Shown here: positions 56,130-64,000 of the stretch, piece after piece | Layout: each line of letters opens with the position of its first letter | Position numbering within the stretch: position 1 is the stretch's first letter | Assembly: GCA_905214315.1 (NCBI GenBank) | Contig: CAJMLN010000004.1 | Span: 14,521-78,520 of the forward strand | Origin: an uncultured bacterium | GTDB taxonomy: Bacteria > Bacillota > Clostridia > Christensenellales > QALW01 | Direction: 5' to 3' | DNA length: 64,000 nucleotides | Made by a program: the position numbers and the translations under genes | The notes under the pieces: model-generated | Seen by the model: only the letters and a program-made list of their open reading frames with translations | What the model was told of the DNA's origin: nothing | Databases searched by the model: none

Positions 56130-56214
56130 AAATAAAAATGTATGTCTATAGCCTGGAATATGGGCAATGGCAGGCAAAAAAACTTTTAAAATTATGAAGT
56201 TTGAGGTGAAGGTT

Positions 56215-58860
56215 ATGAAGGGTTTCCGTACCGCGGCGGTGCTGTTTTTAGCGGGGCTGCTGCTTTTTACCGGCTGTGCTAAAAAGCCGCAGCCGGAAGA
56301 AGGCGTTCCATCGGCAACGGTCGGCTCAGTTACGGCTTCTCCTGTGCCGACGCGTACGCCCGGTAGCACTGCCTCCGGCGATGAAACGGTATCTCCTGGA
56401 GATACGGATGCGCCGGCAAATACTTCCGCACCCGGGGGGAATACCGCAGGCGGCAGTGCCGGAGGAAGCGGCGGAGGCAGCAGCGGAGGGAGCGGCAGTA
56501 ATACCGGCGGTGTTGTTCCGCCTTCAGGCGGCGGGGATTCCTCCATTATAGAAAAGAATCTGATTCCTGCGGCCAGCTCGAATTTTAACAGCGTTTCTTC
56601 CGTAAGCCAGACCGCCTGGACGATCAAATACGGTTCTGTTTCCCCTACGATTTCGTCTTCCGGCTACGGCGGTACCAAATGCCTTTACTATACCAAGGCT
56701 GCCTCCAGCAGCGAAAATTATTTTTCGCCGGCGATCAATCTGGCACCTTACATAACTTCGGCGGGCTATTATACGATCCGTTTCCAGTATAAGGTGGCGG
56801 CCTCCGGAGAGGTGGCACCCTTTACCGGCCTGATCCGCGGCACGGCGGCCGATCAGAATTCCTTTATTCAGGAGAATAACGGCAATTATTATGCCAATCT
56901 GGTGACGGCACCCTCGGTACAGCCGGGCAAGTGGCAGACCTATGAAGCTACATTTAAGGTGCAGGCCGGCGACGTTAAGACTTCTGCCAACTGGAATTTT
57001 TGTGTTCATCTGATCGCCGATCAGGTGACGGGCATTTATATCGATAATTTCGAGCTGATCACCTTTATCGATAATACCAAGCCTTCGGGAGTTTCTTCGG
57101 CTGTTACCTGGGTGGCCAATGAGGTTGTACTGGTAAGCGACCGGTTCTATGACGATGCGTTTAACGATGTGGACGTGGATCTTGTTTTGACCAACGGCAG
57201 CGTTACCTATACCATTCCCGGCTTCTGGGACGGCAGCAGCGTATGGCGCATTCGCTTTGTATGCCCCTCCGCCGGCACCTGGACGTATAAGACCGTGTGC
57301 ACCAATACAAAGGATACCGGCCTGCACAACCAGACCGGCCGCATTACCTGCACCAATTATTCCGGTAGCCTGGAGATCTATAAACGCGGCTTTGTAAAGA
57401 CGGTCTCGGGCACGCGGTACTTTATGTATAACGACGGCACGCCGTTCTTCTATCTGGGCGATACCCACTGGAGTTTGGGCTCGGAATCTCTGGATATGGT
57501 CAAAACCATTGCCGCCCACCGGGCAAAGCAGGGCTATACGGTGATTCAGAGCGAGCCTCTGGGTGCGACATTTTCTATGGCCAACGGCATGGATGAGGGC
57601 GATGTTATAGGTTTTAGGGCCAATGACCAGAAATTCCAGGCCATTGCGGCGCAGGGACTGGTACACGCCAACGCGCAGTTCTTCTTCCCGCACGATATGG
57701 ATACCTGTATTGAAAATCACGGCGGATATTCCTCGCGCAACGTATCGCTTACGGTAAACGGTTCTTCGGTAACCATCAAGGATCTTTCCGATCAGGCCAA
57801 AACATATCTGAAAAAGCTTTCCCGGTACTGGGTGGCCCGCTACAGCGCGTATCCTGTGATGTGGACGCTTGGCCAGGAGGTCGACAATGACTTTTACTGG
57901 GACAGAGGCGATCATTTGAAATGGAATTTTGTAAACAATCCCTATAAGCTGGTGGCTGAATATATCGATCAGTACGATCCCTACAGCCATCCGCTGACGG
58001 CGCATCAGGAAAGTACGGCCATGACCGCCGCGCTGGGCAACGGCTACGGCGCCGGTGAGAGCGGCACGCTGTATTTGGGCGACAGGAGCGATACCTATCC
58101 CTCGGCCTTCCGTAAGGTAAAGGCCCATACCTGGTATGCGGCGCAGTGGTCCCCCAGCCTTACCAGCAATTATGACTACGCTGTGGCCAAGGATTACTGG
58201 TACAACGGCCAGGGTAAGCCGGTGGTCAATTACGAAGGCCGCTACTGCTACCTGTGGACCAAGAATTTCGGCGCGCGGATGCAGGGCTGGACGGCGTATT
58301 TAAACGGTATGTTCGGCTACGGCTGGGGCGGTCACGATACCTGGAGCTACGGCAACATCTATAATGAGGACGTCAATTCCTCCGACGGGGTGGATACGAT
58401 TACCTCCACCGAGAAAAAAGCCGCTACCTGGCGGGATTCCCTGGAGTATGCCAGCTCCTATCAGACGGGGTATATGAAAAACTTTTTCAGCACCTTTGAC
58501 TGGTGGAACCTGATTCCGCGGTTTGACGATACCGCGTATTTCAGAAACAGCAGCGGTGTATACAGCGTAACGGCCAGCAACAGCAGCAATACGAAAATGG
58601 TGATCTATTTTTACAGCTTTTATGATAAGACCGTAGCGGCGAATAATAATACCGGCGAAGCCGGCGGCCGCTCTACGGGTACCATCGGCAATCTTTCACC
58701 CAATACTACCTATAAATATAAGTGGTTCAATCCCATTACCGGGCAGTTCTCGGCTGAAGGAAGCTTCACTTCCTCGTCTTCGGGCACATACAGCATCGGC
58801 AATAAAATGTGGAACGGAAAAATCTGTTATACCGATATGGTATTTTATATGTATCGGTAA
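56215..58860 (+). CDS. Lipoprotein: G/S linker + CBM-like module + DUF5060/DUF4038 (GH140-like) glycoside hydrolase domain
   Basis: The lipobox is 'LLLFTGC'. I prefer the start at 56215, with a GAGGTGAAGG Shine-Dalgarno sequence. 'TYTIPGFWDGSSVWRIRFVCPSAGTWTYKTVC' is DUF5060-like. 'RYFMYNDGTPFFYLGDTHWS' is a DUF4038/GH140-like opening. Confidence 0.65.
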   Translation: MKGFRTAAVLFLAGLLLFTGCAKKPQPEEGVPSATVGSVTASPVPTRTPGSTASGDETVSPGDTDAPANTSAPGGNTAGGSAGGSGGGSSGGSGSNTGGVVPPSGGGDSSIIEKNLIPAASSNFNSVSSVSQTAWTIKYGSVSPTISSSGYGGTKCLYYTKAASSSENYFSPAINLAPYITSAGYYTIRFQYKVAASGEVAPFTGLIRGTAADQNSFIQENNGNYYANLVTAPSVQPGKWQTYEATFKVQAGDVKTSANWNFCVHLIADQVTGIYIDNFELITFIDNTKPSGVSSAVTWVANEVVLVSDRFYDDAFNDVDVDLVLTNGSVTYTIPGFWDGSSVWRIRFVCPSAGTWTYKTVCTNTKDTGLHNQTGRITCTNYSGSLEIYKRGFVKTVSGTRYFMYNDGTPFFYLGDTHWSLGSESLDMVKTIAAHRAKQGYTVIQSEPLGATFSMANGMDEGDVIGFRANDQKFQAIAAQGLVHANAQFFFPHDMDTCIENHGGYSSRNVSLTVNGSSVTIKDLSDQAKTYLKKLSRYWVARYSAYPVMWTLGQEVDNDFYWDRGDHLKWNFVNNPYKLVAEYIDQYDPYSHPLTAHQESTAMTAALGNGYGAGESGTLYLGDRSDTYPSAFRKVKAHTWYAAQWSPSLTSNYDYAVAKDYWYNGQGKPVVNYEGRYCYLWTKNFGARMQGWTAYLNGMFGYGWGGHDTWSYGNIYNEDVNSSDGVDTITSTEKKAATWRDSLEYASSYQTGYMKNFFSTFDWWNLIPRFDDTAYFRNSSGVYSVTASNSSNTKMVIYFYSFYDKTVAANNNTGEAGGRSTGTIGNLSPNTTYKYKWFNPITGQFSAEGSFTSSSSGTYSIGNKMWNGKICYTDMVFYMYR

Positions 58861-58863
58861 AAA

Positions 58864-58900
58864 ATATCCGGCGACTGTAATGCGCGCCGGATATTTTTGT
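58864..58900 (+). terminator. Rho-independent terminator
   Basis: 10-bp stem atatccggcg / cgccggatat followed by ttttgt. Confidence 0.65.
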
Positions 58901-59211
58901 AAAGAAAATTATGCGGCAGTTGGATGAAAAGAATCAACAATAAAAAAGGGAAAAGAAAAATCTCGCCTTTCACGGATCAGAGAGGCAGGGTTTCTTAATT
59001 GGAGGAAGAGCCGAAGAAATGTCGGAGCAGCTTTGCTGACAGGCTGGCAAAGATCGCGGTTCATTTGCGGAAGAATCGCCGCACGGCTGACAGGTTGATA
59101 GGAAATCTGCCGCCGGCCGTGCTCGTAAAAGAAATTCTCTGTATAAAGGGAGCGGACGTCATGCAGACGGAAAAAAATGCAAGATTTTTTTAATATGGGT
59201 ATGGACATTCA

Positions 59212-59240
59212 TTTGAAATATTGTTATAATAATAGAAACT
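59212..59240 (+). promoter_or_regulatory. Candidate sigma-A promoter for the thuA-like gene
   Basis: TGGACA, a 17-nt spacer, then TATAAT. Confidence 0.45.
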
Positions 59241-59261
59241 ATTTTTAAGGAGTATAACAAA

Positions 59262-59987
59262 ATGATAAGGGTAACAGTTTGGAATGAATTCAAGCATGAA
59301 AAGGAAGAGGAAGCGATCCGCGATATTTATCCGCAGGGCATTCATCAAGCCATTGCTGAATTTTTGGGAAAAGAAGAGGACATCACCGTGAGAACCGCCA
59401 CGTTGGACGATCCCGATTGCGGCCTGACACAGGAGGTGCTGGAGCAGACGGATGTGCTGCTTTGGTGGGGGCATATGGCGCATCATATGGTACCGGACGA
59501 GGTGGCAGTGCGGGTACAGCAGGCGGTGCTTTCAGGTATGGGACTTGTAGTGCTGCACAGCGGACATCATTCCAAGGTGTTTAAGCTGTTGATGGGAACT
59601 CCCTGCAATCTGTCCTGGCGGGAAAACGGCGATATAGAACGCGTTTGGGTCATCGATCCCAGCCATCCTATTGCGCAGGGCATTGACCGCTATTTTGAGT
59701 TGGAGCATGAGGAAACCTATGCCGAGCCGTTTTCAATTCCCGAGCCGGATCATCTGGTATTTGCCGGCTGGTATGAAGGCGGAGAGCTTTTCCGGAGCGG
59801 CTGCTGTTATCACCGGGGGCACGGCAATATCTTTTATTTCCAACCCGGACACGAGAGTTTTCCTACCTTTTATAATAAAGATGTACAGACAGTTATTAAA
59901 AACGCCGTTCGGTGGTGCGCACCGGTTATTCGAAGAGAAATTGACTGTCCGCAGGTGGAAAAGATCATTCCCGGGAATAAACGCTGA
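59262..59987 (+). CDS. ThuA-like (trehalose-utilisation / class-I glutamine amidotransferase-like) protein
   Basis: 241 aa. '[12 protein letters not shown]', '[11 protein letters not shown]' and '[11 protein letters not shown]' form the typical ThuA pattern. Confidence 0.8.
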   Translation: MIRVTVWNEFKHEKEEEAIRDIYPQGIHQAIAEFLGKEEDITVRTATLDDPDCGLTQEVLEQTDVLLWWGHMAHHMVPDEVAVRVQQAVLSGMGLVVLHSGHHSKVFKLLMGTPCNLSWRENGDIERVWVIDPSHPIAQGIDRYFELEHEETYAEPFSIPEPDHLVFAGWYEGGELFRSGCCYHRGHGNIFYFQPGHESFPTFYNKDVQTVIKNAVRWCAPVIRREIDCPQVEKIIPGNKR

Positions 59988-60042
59988 GCTTTTGTGCGGA
60001 TAGGATAGGCCAGTATTGAATTTGCTGTGGGAGGGGATACCA

Positions 60043-60858
60043 ATGAAAACGAGAAAGAGGCTTCTTGCCGTACTGTGCGGCATTTTGGTTTTTTTAAATT
60101 TGAGTATAAATTTTTTCGCGGTATTTTCTCTTGTTTGGATCGGTTACGAAACGCAGGAGATTGCTGAAGAATTTGAAAAAATTACAGAGCTTATAGCAGA
60201 TGAGAATGCTGTATCTCAGCTGGCGCTTTCCCGTTTAGGGCAGAGTACGGCAATGGGCAGCAATGCTATTCGGCTGCGGCAGGAGCTGCAGGAGAGGAAT
60301 TTCAGCGGTTCCCGCGGAAAGGTGGAGGCCGCGGCTAAGGAATATTTGAACAGCTTAATTGCGCTGTCCGGCAATGTTGCGCAAAAACTCAGCAGTCAGC
60401 CGGTCATGTATTCTCTTTCATATGACTATGTATATTTGAATCCGCAGGGTGCGAAAAAGAACCTCCAATCCGCCAGACGTATTGTAGAGGAGATTAACAC
60501 GGAAATGGAGAATGCAGGCCAAATGGATACCTATATGGGGTATATCAAGGGCAAAAATGCCGGTCTGGGTTATGTTTATGTGTATCAGGCGCTGATTATG
60601 ACACTGGCGCTTCAGATGCAGGACGGCGATATTCTTACTTTTTATGAAAGCAGTGAGGAAGACAGTCTTGATATTCTGCTGCTTATTTTTGATAAGCAGG
60701 AGCAGCTTGTGGATTTTTTGCTTCAGAACCAGAAAAAATGGAGTGTTTCCTCTACCGGCAGGCTTGTGATAACGGATTCCAATGTGCAAAGGGAATATCA
60801 AAGAATGGCCAAAGAGCGCAACGAGCTGCTGGAGCAGCTGCAGCAGGCTGAAGATTAA
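60043..60858 (+). CDS. Membrane-anchored coiled-coil protein, unknown function
   Basis: I prefer the start at 60043 (GAGGGG Shine-Dalgarno sequence; 'MKTRKRLLAVLCGILVFL...'). It has one or two N-terminal TM helices. I recognise no motif. Confidence 0.4.
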   Translation: MKTRKRLLAVLCGILVFLNLSINFFAVFSLVWIGYETQEIAEEFEKITELIADENAVSQLALSRLGQSTAMGSNAIRLRQELQERNFSGSRGKVEAAAKEYLNSLIALSGNVAQKLSSQPVMYSLSYDYVYLNPQGAKKNLQSARRIVEEINTEMENAGQMDTYMGYIKGKNAGLGYVYVYQALIMTLALQMQDGDILTFYESSEEDSLDILLLIFDKQEQLVDFLLQNQKKWSVSSTGRLVITDSNVQREYQRMAKERNELLEQLQQAED

Positions 60859-60914
60859 GAAATAAAGAAAACGGCTTTTTCGCTTTTGTGCGAAGGGCCG
60901 TTTTTTACGGTGTA

Positions 60915-62195
60915 TCAGGTGGCGCCCTGAAGGCGCGCTTCGTAACGCTGGATTTCTTCTGCCAGATAGCTTAAATCCTGTTCCCATAATTCCTGATGGG
61001 TTAGAATTTGGGGCGTTGTTTCCTGTGAAAGGACGGTGCTGAAGGAATCGCGGATATCATAAATGCGGTATACCTGAAGAATGCAGAACAGCGAAAAAAC
61101 CAGATGTTTCGGCAGCTGCTGGTTCTGGCGCTGATATTCCTCAAAGGCGGGCAGTACATTTTCGGCAAATTTTCCGGCAATGCCCGGCAGCAGGTCTTTC
61201 CAGAGAATTTTGATATAAGGATTGGAAAGCCGGCGGATGGTGTCCAGCGCGTAGATTTCAATTTCTTCAAAGCTCATATCCACGGTAGGCACGATCTCTT
61301 CAAACACGGAAACCGTCATATGCTTTACCAGCCGCGGGCGCGAGGTAAAATCTGCTGCGGTTTCCACGTCGTGAAGCACGGCATAGGCGGCGGAAACAGT
61401 AAGTGCGCCGTCGTAGACGCGTTTTTTCATCGTACGGTAGGGCAGAATATCCTCCGCCCACAGGATTTCGCTGCCGAAGGGAAGCTGCGCGCGGATATCC
61501 TTTTTGGCGGAAACGACAAAGCGCAGGTATTTTTCGGTAAAAATCTCCAGCGCGCCGGTGCCGGCAGAGGCGGAATCTGTAAAAGATTCGGCCACGGTAT
61601 CGCAGAAGGTGTTTTCCAGATTCAGCCAGTTGATAAAATCAATGCCTAATTTCCAGTGCTCGCTGTAACGGATCACGCAGTTTTTCAGTTCTTCGCCGTT
61701 GCGGTCGGTATCGGCCGTCGGCAGGATGATAAAGCCGTGCCTTTCCAGGCAAAATCTTCTGAACAGCAGCATTGTCAGCTGCGTCACGGCATTCTGGGGG
61801 ATTTTTTTCATTTTTTCCCCTGAAAAAGCGGCCGGCGCGGCGGGCGCCCATAGAATGACGGAGATCTCTTTATCGTCCGATAGGCTGAGCAGCTGTTCAT
61901 ATTCGGTAAAGGGATCCAGCACGCGGGTGACTGAGTCCACGCGGATATCCTCCCGGTCAATTTTGTCGGCGGCGTGCACCGTATACACGTTGTACTGCTT
62001 TTGGCCTTTTACGGCTTTTTCATCCCGGATGATCACACTGTTGGCGCAGGCCTGTCCGCTTTCGTTGGCCTTTTGCAGCAGCCGTCCGAAAAAAGCGCGG
62101 GAAAAGGCATTGTCGCCGAATTGCAGAAACCGGATCGGCCGGTTGCCGGCGGGATCCGCTGAATTTTTGTTTCTCATAGAGCACTCCTTTGTCAT
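60915..62195 (-). CDS. Mannitol dehydrogenase-family protein (tagaturonate/altronate oxidoreductase-like), divergent
   Basis: 426 aa. The N-terminus 'IRFLQFGDNAFSRAFFGRLL' parallels 'ILQFGEGNFLRAF' of UxaB-type enzymes. The rest is colinear in length, but I could not verify the catalytic residues. Confidence 0.5.
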   Translation of the reverse strand: MTKECSMRNKNSADPAGNRPIRFLQFGDNAFSRAFFGRLLQKANESGQACANSVIIRDEKAVKGQKQYNVYTVHAADKIDREDIRVDSVTRVLDPFTEYEQLLSLSDDKEISVILWAPAAPAAFSGEKMKKIPQNAVTQLTMLLFRRFCLERHGFIILPTADTDRNGEELKNCVIRYSEHWKLGIDFINWLNLENTFCDTVAESFTDSASAGTGALEIFTEKYLRFVVSAKKDIRAQLPFGSEILWAEDILPYRTMKKRVYDGALTVSAAYAVLHDVETAADFTSRPRLVKHMTVSVFEEIVPTVDMSFEEIEIYALDTIRRLSNPYIKILWKDLLPGIAGKFAENVLPAFEEYQRQNQQLPKHLVFSLFCILQVYRIYDIRDSFSTVLSQETTPQILTHQELWEQDLSYLAEEIQRYEARLQGAT

Positions 62196-62301
62196 ATATA
62201 TATTATTCTACCACATCCGGCATTTTTTTTCAATCCCTGCTGTATTGTGAATGTTTTCTCTTTGTGTGTGTGGAATATCGGAAAATCTTTATTTTAGGGT
62301 A

Positions 62302-62330
62302 TTGACAACCGTATTTCCTCATGTTAGTAT
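62302..62330 (+). promoter_or_regulatory. Candidate promoter for the terminal surface-protein gene
   Basis: TTGACA, a 17-nt spacer, then TAGTAT. Confidence 0.45.
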
Positions 62331-62414
62331 AGATATGGAATATTTTTCAAGTTATAGTATGAAAAAAGGTTTCTTGTATAGATCCTTAAAAATACTATAA
62401 ATGTAGGAAATTGT

Positions 62415-64000
62415 ATGAGAAAAAAGAAATGGCTAAATGTCCTGGTGGTATGTACAATTTTTTTGGGCGTATTGCAGGGCGTGGTGTTTGCGGAGGAAAT
62501 TGAGCCGAATATTGTGGCACATTATACGTTTGATTCGGGAAAAGAAGGCTGGACGGTTTTTGGAGCATCTGATTCCGAGATGACCAGAGAGCCGTATTCA
62601 GGGAATAGCAGAGATTATTATCTGGCAATCAATAATCATTGTGATTCCTGGGTCTCGCCGATGATTAATCTTTATTCTTTGATTAAAGAAAACGGACCGG
62701 GAACCTATACGGCGCATGCAAGCGTGCGTACCAGCAGCGATAAAGCGAATCTTGAAGTGCGCATGATTATGCGCTCGTACAAAGGATATTCCTTTATAAC
62801 AAATATTAATGGGAATTTTCATGCCGGTATAGGAACGCCGACGCAGATATATCAGAATGAGTGGACGGATCTTTCCGGTTCGTTTAAGGTTTTGCCGGAG
62901 GATATTCAGAATGAAACCGGATATTTTTTTCTTTGTTTTGATTATTTAGAGGATGGCTGGGGCAGTCAATTCTGTGTGGATGAAGTTATTATCTGTAAGC
63001 TGAACGATACGGATATAACCAATGGCAGCTTTAGTTATGATACAATCGGCTGGCGGAACTGGGGCGGATACGGAACGCTGTATCGGGCGTATGTAAGAGA
63101 AGCTGATGACAGTATTTTTTCAATGGGGTATTATTTAAAATCTTCAGTTTACGGATCCATTGCCTGTAATGTAGATCAGATACTTTCCTATTATGGCGCT
63201 ACTGAATATGAGGTTAATTTTGATTTGTATCTAACGCAGGAAGCACATGCATACTTGAGTAAAATGGTATTTTATTTATCTACGAATGACGGACAGTCTA
63301 ATGTGTTTATAGGGCAAAGAAGTAATGCCAGCCTGACGGGAGATGGGAGAACCCATGTTACGCTTACCGTAGATACTACAGATTTAGCGCCGGAAAGCAG
63401 TCAAACAATCTATAATTTCTTTTCGCCGCACAGCAACCAGGTGTTTTTCCGTATGGAATATCAGCCTAAGTTCAGTACGGGGATTATAGCGGATGAGGAA
63501 TATGGTATTTCCAATGTGAGCTTCCGGCCGAAAAATTCGGCAAGCTTTGTACCGTCGCAGTATACGGTGATAACAAACAGCTTTTTGGAAATTACGCCGG
63601 GGGAATCCTTTCAGTTAAATGCAACGGTATATCCTGCAAACAGTACCTATCAGCATGTAACATGGCATAGCAGTGATACTTATTATTTAACAGTAGACAG
63701 CACAGGAAGGATTACGGCAGCGATGTATCCCGGAGCCGGAGAACAAACGGTAACGATAACCGCGCGGGCAGGCGACGGTCTTAGCCAAACAACATGTACG
63801 GTAACGATAAAAGACCTTCAGTTTAAGTATTTAAAGGAAAAATTCGGATTTGATACGCGGGTATGCAATATTCTTGAAGATATTCAGAATGCGTTAAAAA
63901 TCAAATATTCCACGGATTTAGCACATGCGGATTATATGTATAATAGAATAGTAGGGGGATTTGATTATTTGGGGTGGGATTGGAATTTAGCCGCGGGTAA
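62415..64000 (+). CDS. Secreted multi-domain protein (two CBM_4_9-like modules + Big_2 domain), 3' end outside the window
   Basis: It is absent from the ORF track because no stop occurs before the window end. By hand translation the signal peptide is 'MRKKKWLNVLVVCTIFLGVLQGVVFA'. 'ITNGSFSYDTIGWRNWG' is a CBM-type opening. 'ITPGESFQLNATVYPANSTYQHVTWHSSDTYYLTVDSTGRITA' is a Big_2 signature. Confidence 0.7.
   Translation, partial: MRKKKWLNVLVVCTIFLGVLQGVVFAEEIEPNIVAHYTFDSGKEGWTVFGASDSEMTREPYSGNSRDYYLAINNHCDSWVSPMINLYSLIKENGPGTYTAHASVRTSSDKANLEVRMIMRSYKGYSFITNINGNFHAGIGTPTQIYQNEWTDLSGSFKVLPEDIQNETGYFFLCFDYLEDGWGSQFCVDEVIICKLNDTDITNGSFSYDTIGWRNWGGYGTLYRAYVREADDSIFSMGYYLKSSVYGSIACNVDQILSYYGATEYEVNFDLYLTQEAHAYLSKMVFYLSTNDGQSNVFIGQRSNASLTGDGRTHVTLTVDTTDLAPESSQTIYNFFSPHSNQVFFRMEYQPKFSTGIIADEEYGISNVSFRPKNSASFVPSQYTVITNSFLEITPGESFQLNATVYPANSTYQHVTWHSSDTYYLTVDSTGRITAAMYPGAGEQTVTITARAGDGLSQTTCTVTIKDLQFKYLKEKFGFDTRVCNILEDIQNALKIKYSTDLAHADYMYNRIVGGFDYLGWDWNLAAG

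Noticed and set aside
56082-56627. Pro-rich 181-aa minus-strand ORF ('PPLLPPPLPPALPP')
   Set aside because: It is simply the reverse complement of the Gly/Ser-rich linker (GGC/GGA/AGC codons) of the plus-strand lipoprotein. It is not an independent gene.
56524-58128. 534-aa minus-strand ORF inside the GH140-like gene
   Set aside because: It lies antisense to a CDS with clear domain signatures. Its sequence is low-complexity (R/G/A/I-rich) and has no Shine-Dalgarno sequence, so it is a GC-frame artefact.

Overview
The window looks like chromosomal DNA from a spore-forming, anaerobic Firmicute of the Clostridia type. Evidence is SpoIIE, a CIRCE-controlled hrcA-grpE-dnaK-dnaJ operon, an EndoA-type MazF and a glycyl-radical enzyme. 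I saw no rRNA, tRNA, CRISPR array, transposase or integrase.

Housekeeping blocks:
- Amino-acid metabolism and thrC-trpS (1-5 kb).
- miaB-mutS-mutL-miaA-ynbB-DUF1015-aspartate kinase (16-27 kb).
- A CNNM transporter, yhaM, spoIIE, a prs-like gene and the dnaK operon (42-55 kb).

Accessory regions:
1. An approximately 14 kb AraC-linked, minus-strand locus (27990-41956). It combines an orphan glycyl-radical enzyme and its radical-SAM activase with four Gfo/Idh/MocA oxidoreductases, two paralogous GH99/WbsX-like proteins, and a tandemly duplicated cell-surface protein split by one in-frame TAA. No transporter is present. This is my best candidate for an undescribed system: an anaerobic radical and oxidoreductive glycan or sugar-derivative pathway.
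2. A MarR-headed cluster (10.9-14.0 kb). It holds a decayed FMN-reductase-like pseudogene, a cytoplasmic flavodoxin, a lipoprotein (extracytoplasmic) flavodoxin and a His-rich DUF4405-like membrane protein. Together these suggest a trans-membrane electron conduit.
3. A 900 bp ORF-free gap (13962-14862) with a GC-rich, self-complementary core and a terminator-like hairpin.
4. An AT-rich islet carrying mazEF.
5. A second carbohydrate cluster (DUF4038/GH140-like lipoprotein, ThuA-like protein, divergent mannitol-dehydrogenase-like protein). It is followed by a visibly AT-richer gene for a CBM/Big_2 surface protein that runs off the window end.

All functional calls rest on motif recognition by eye. 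No database search was run.
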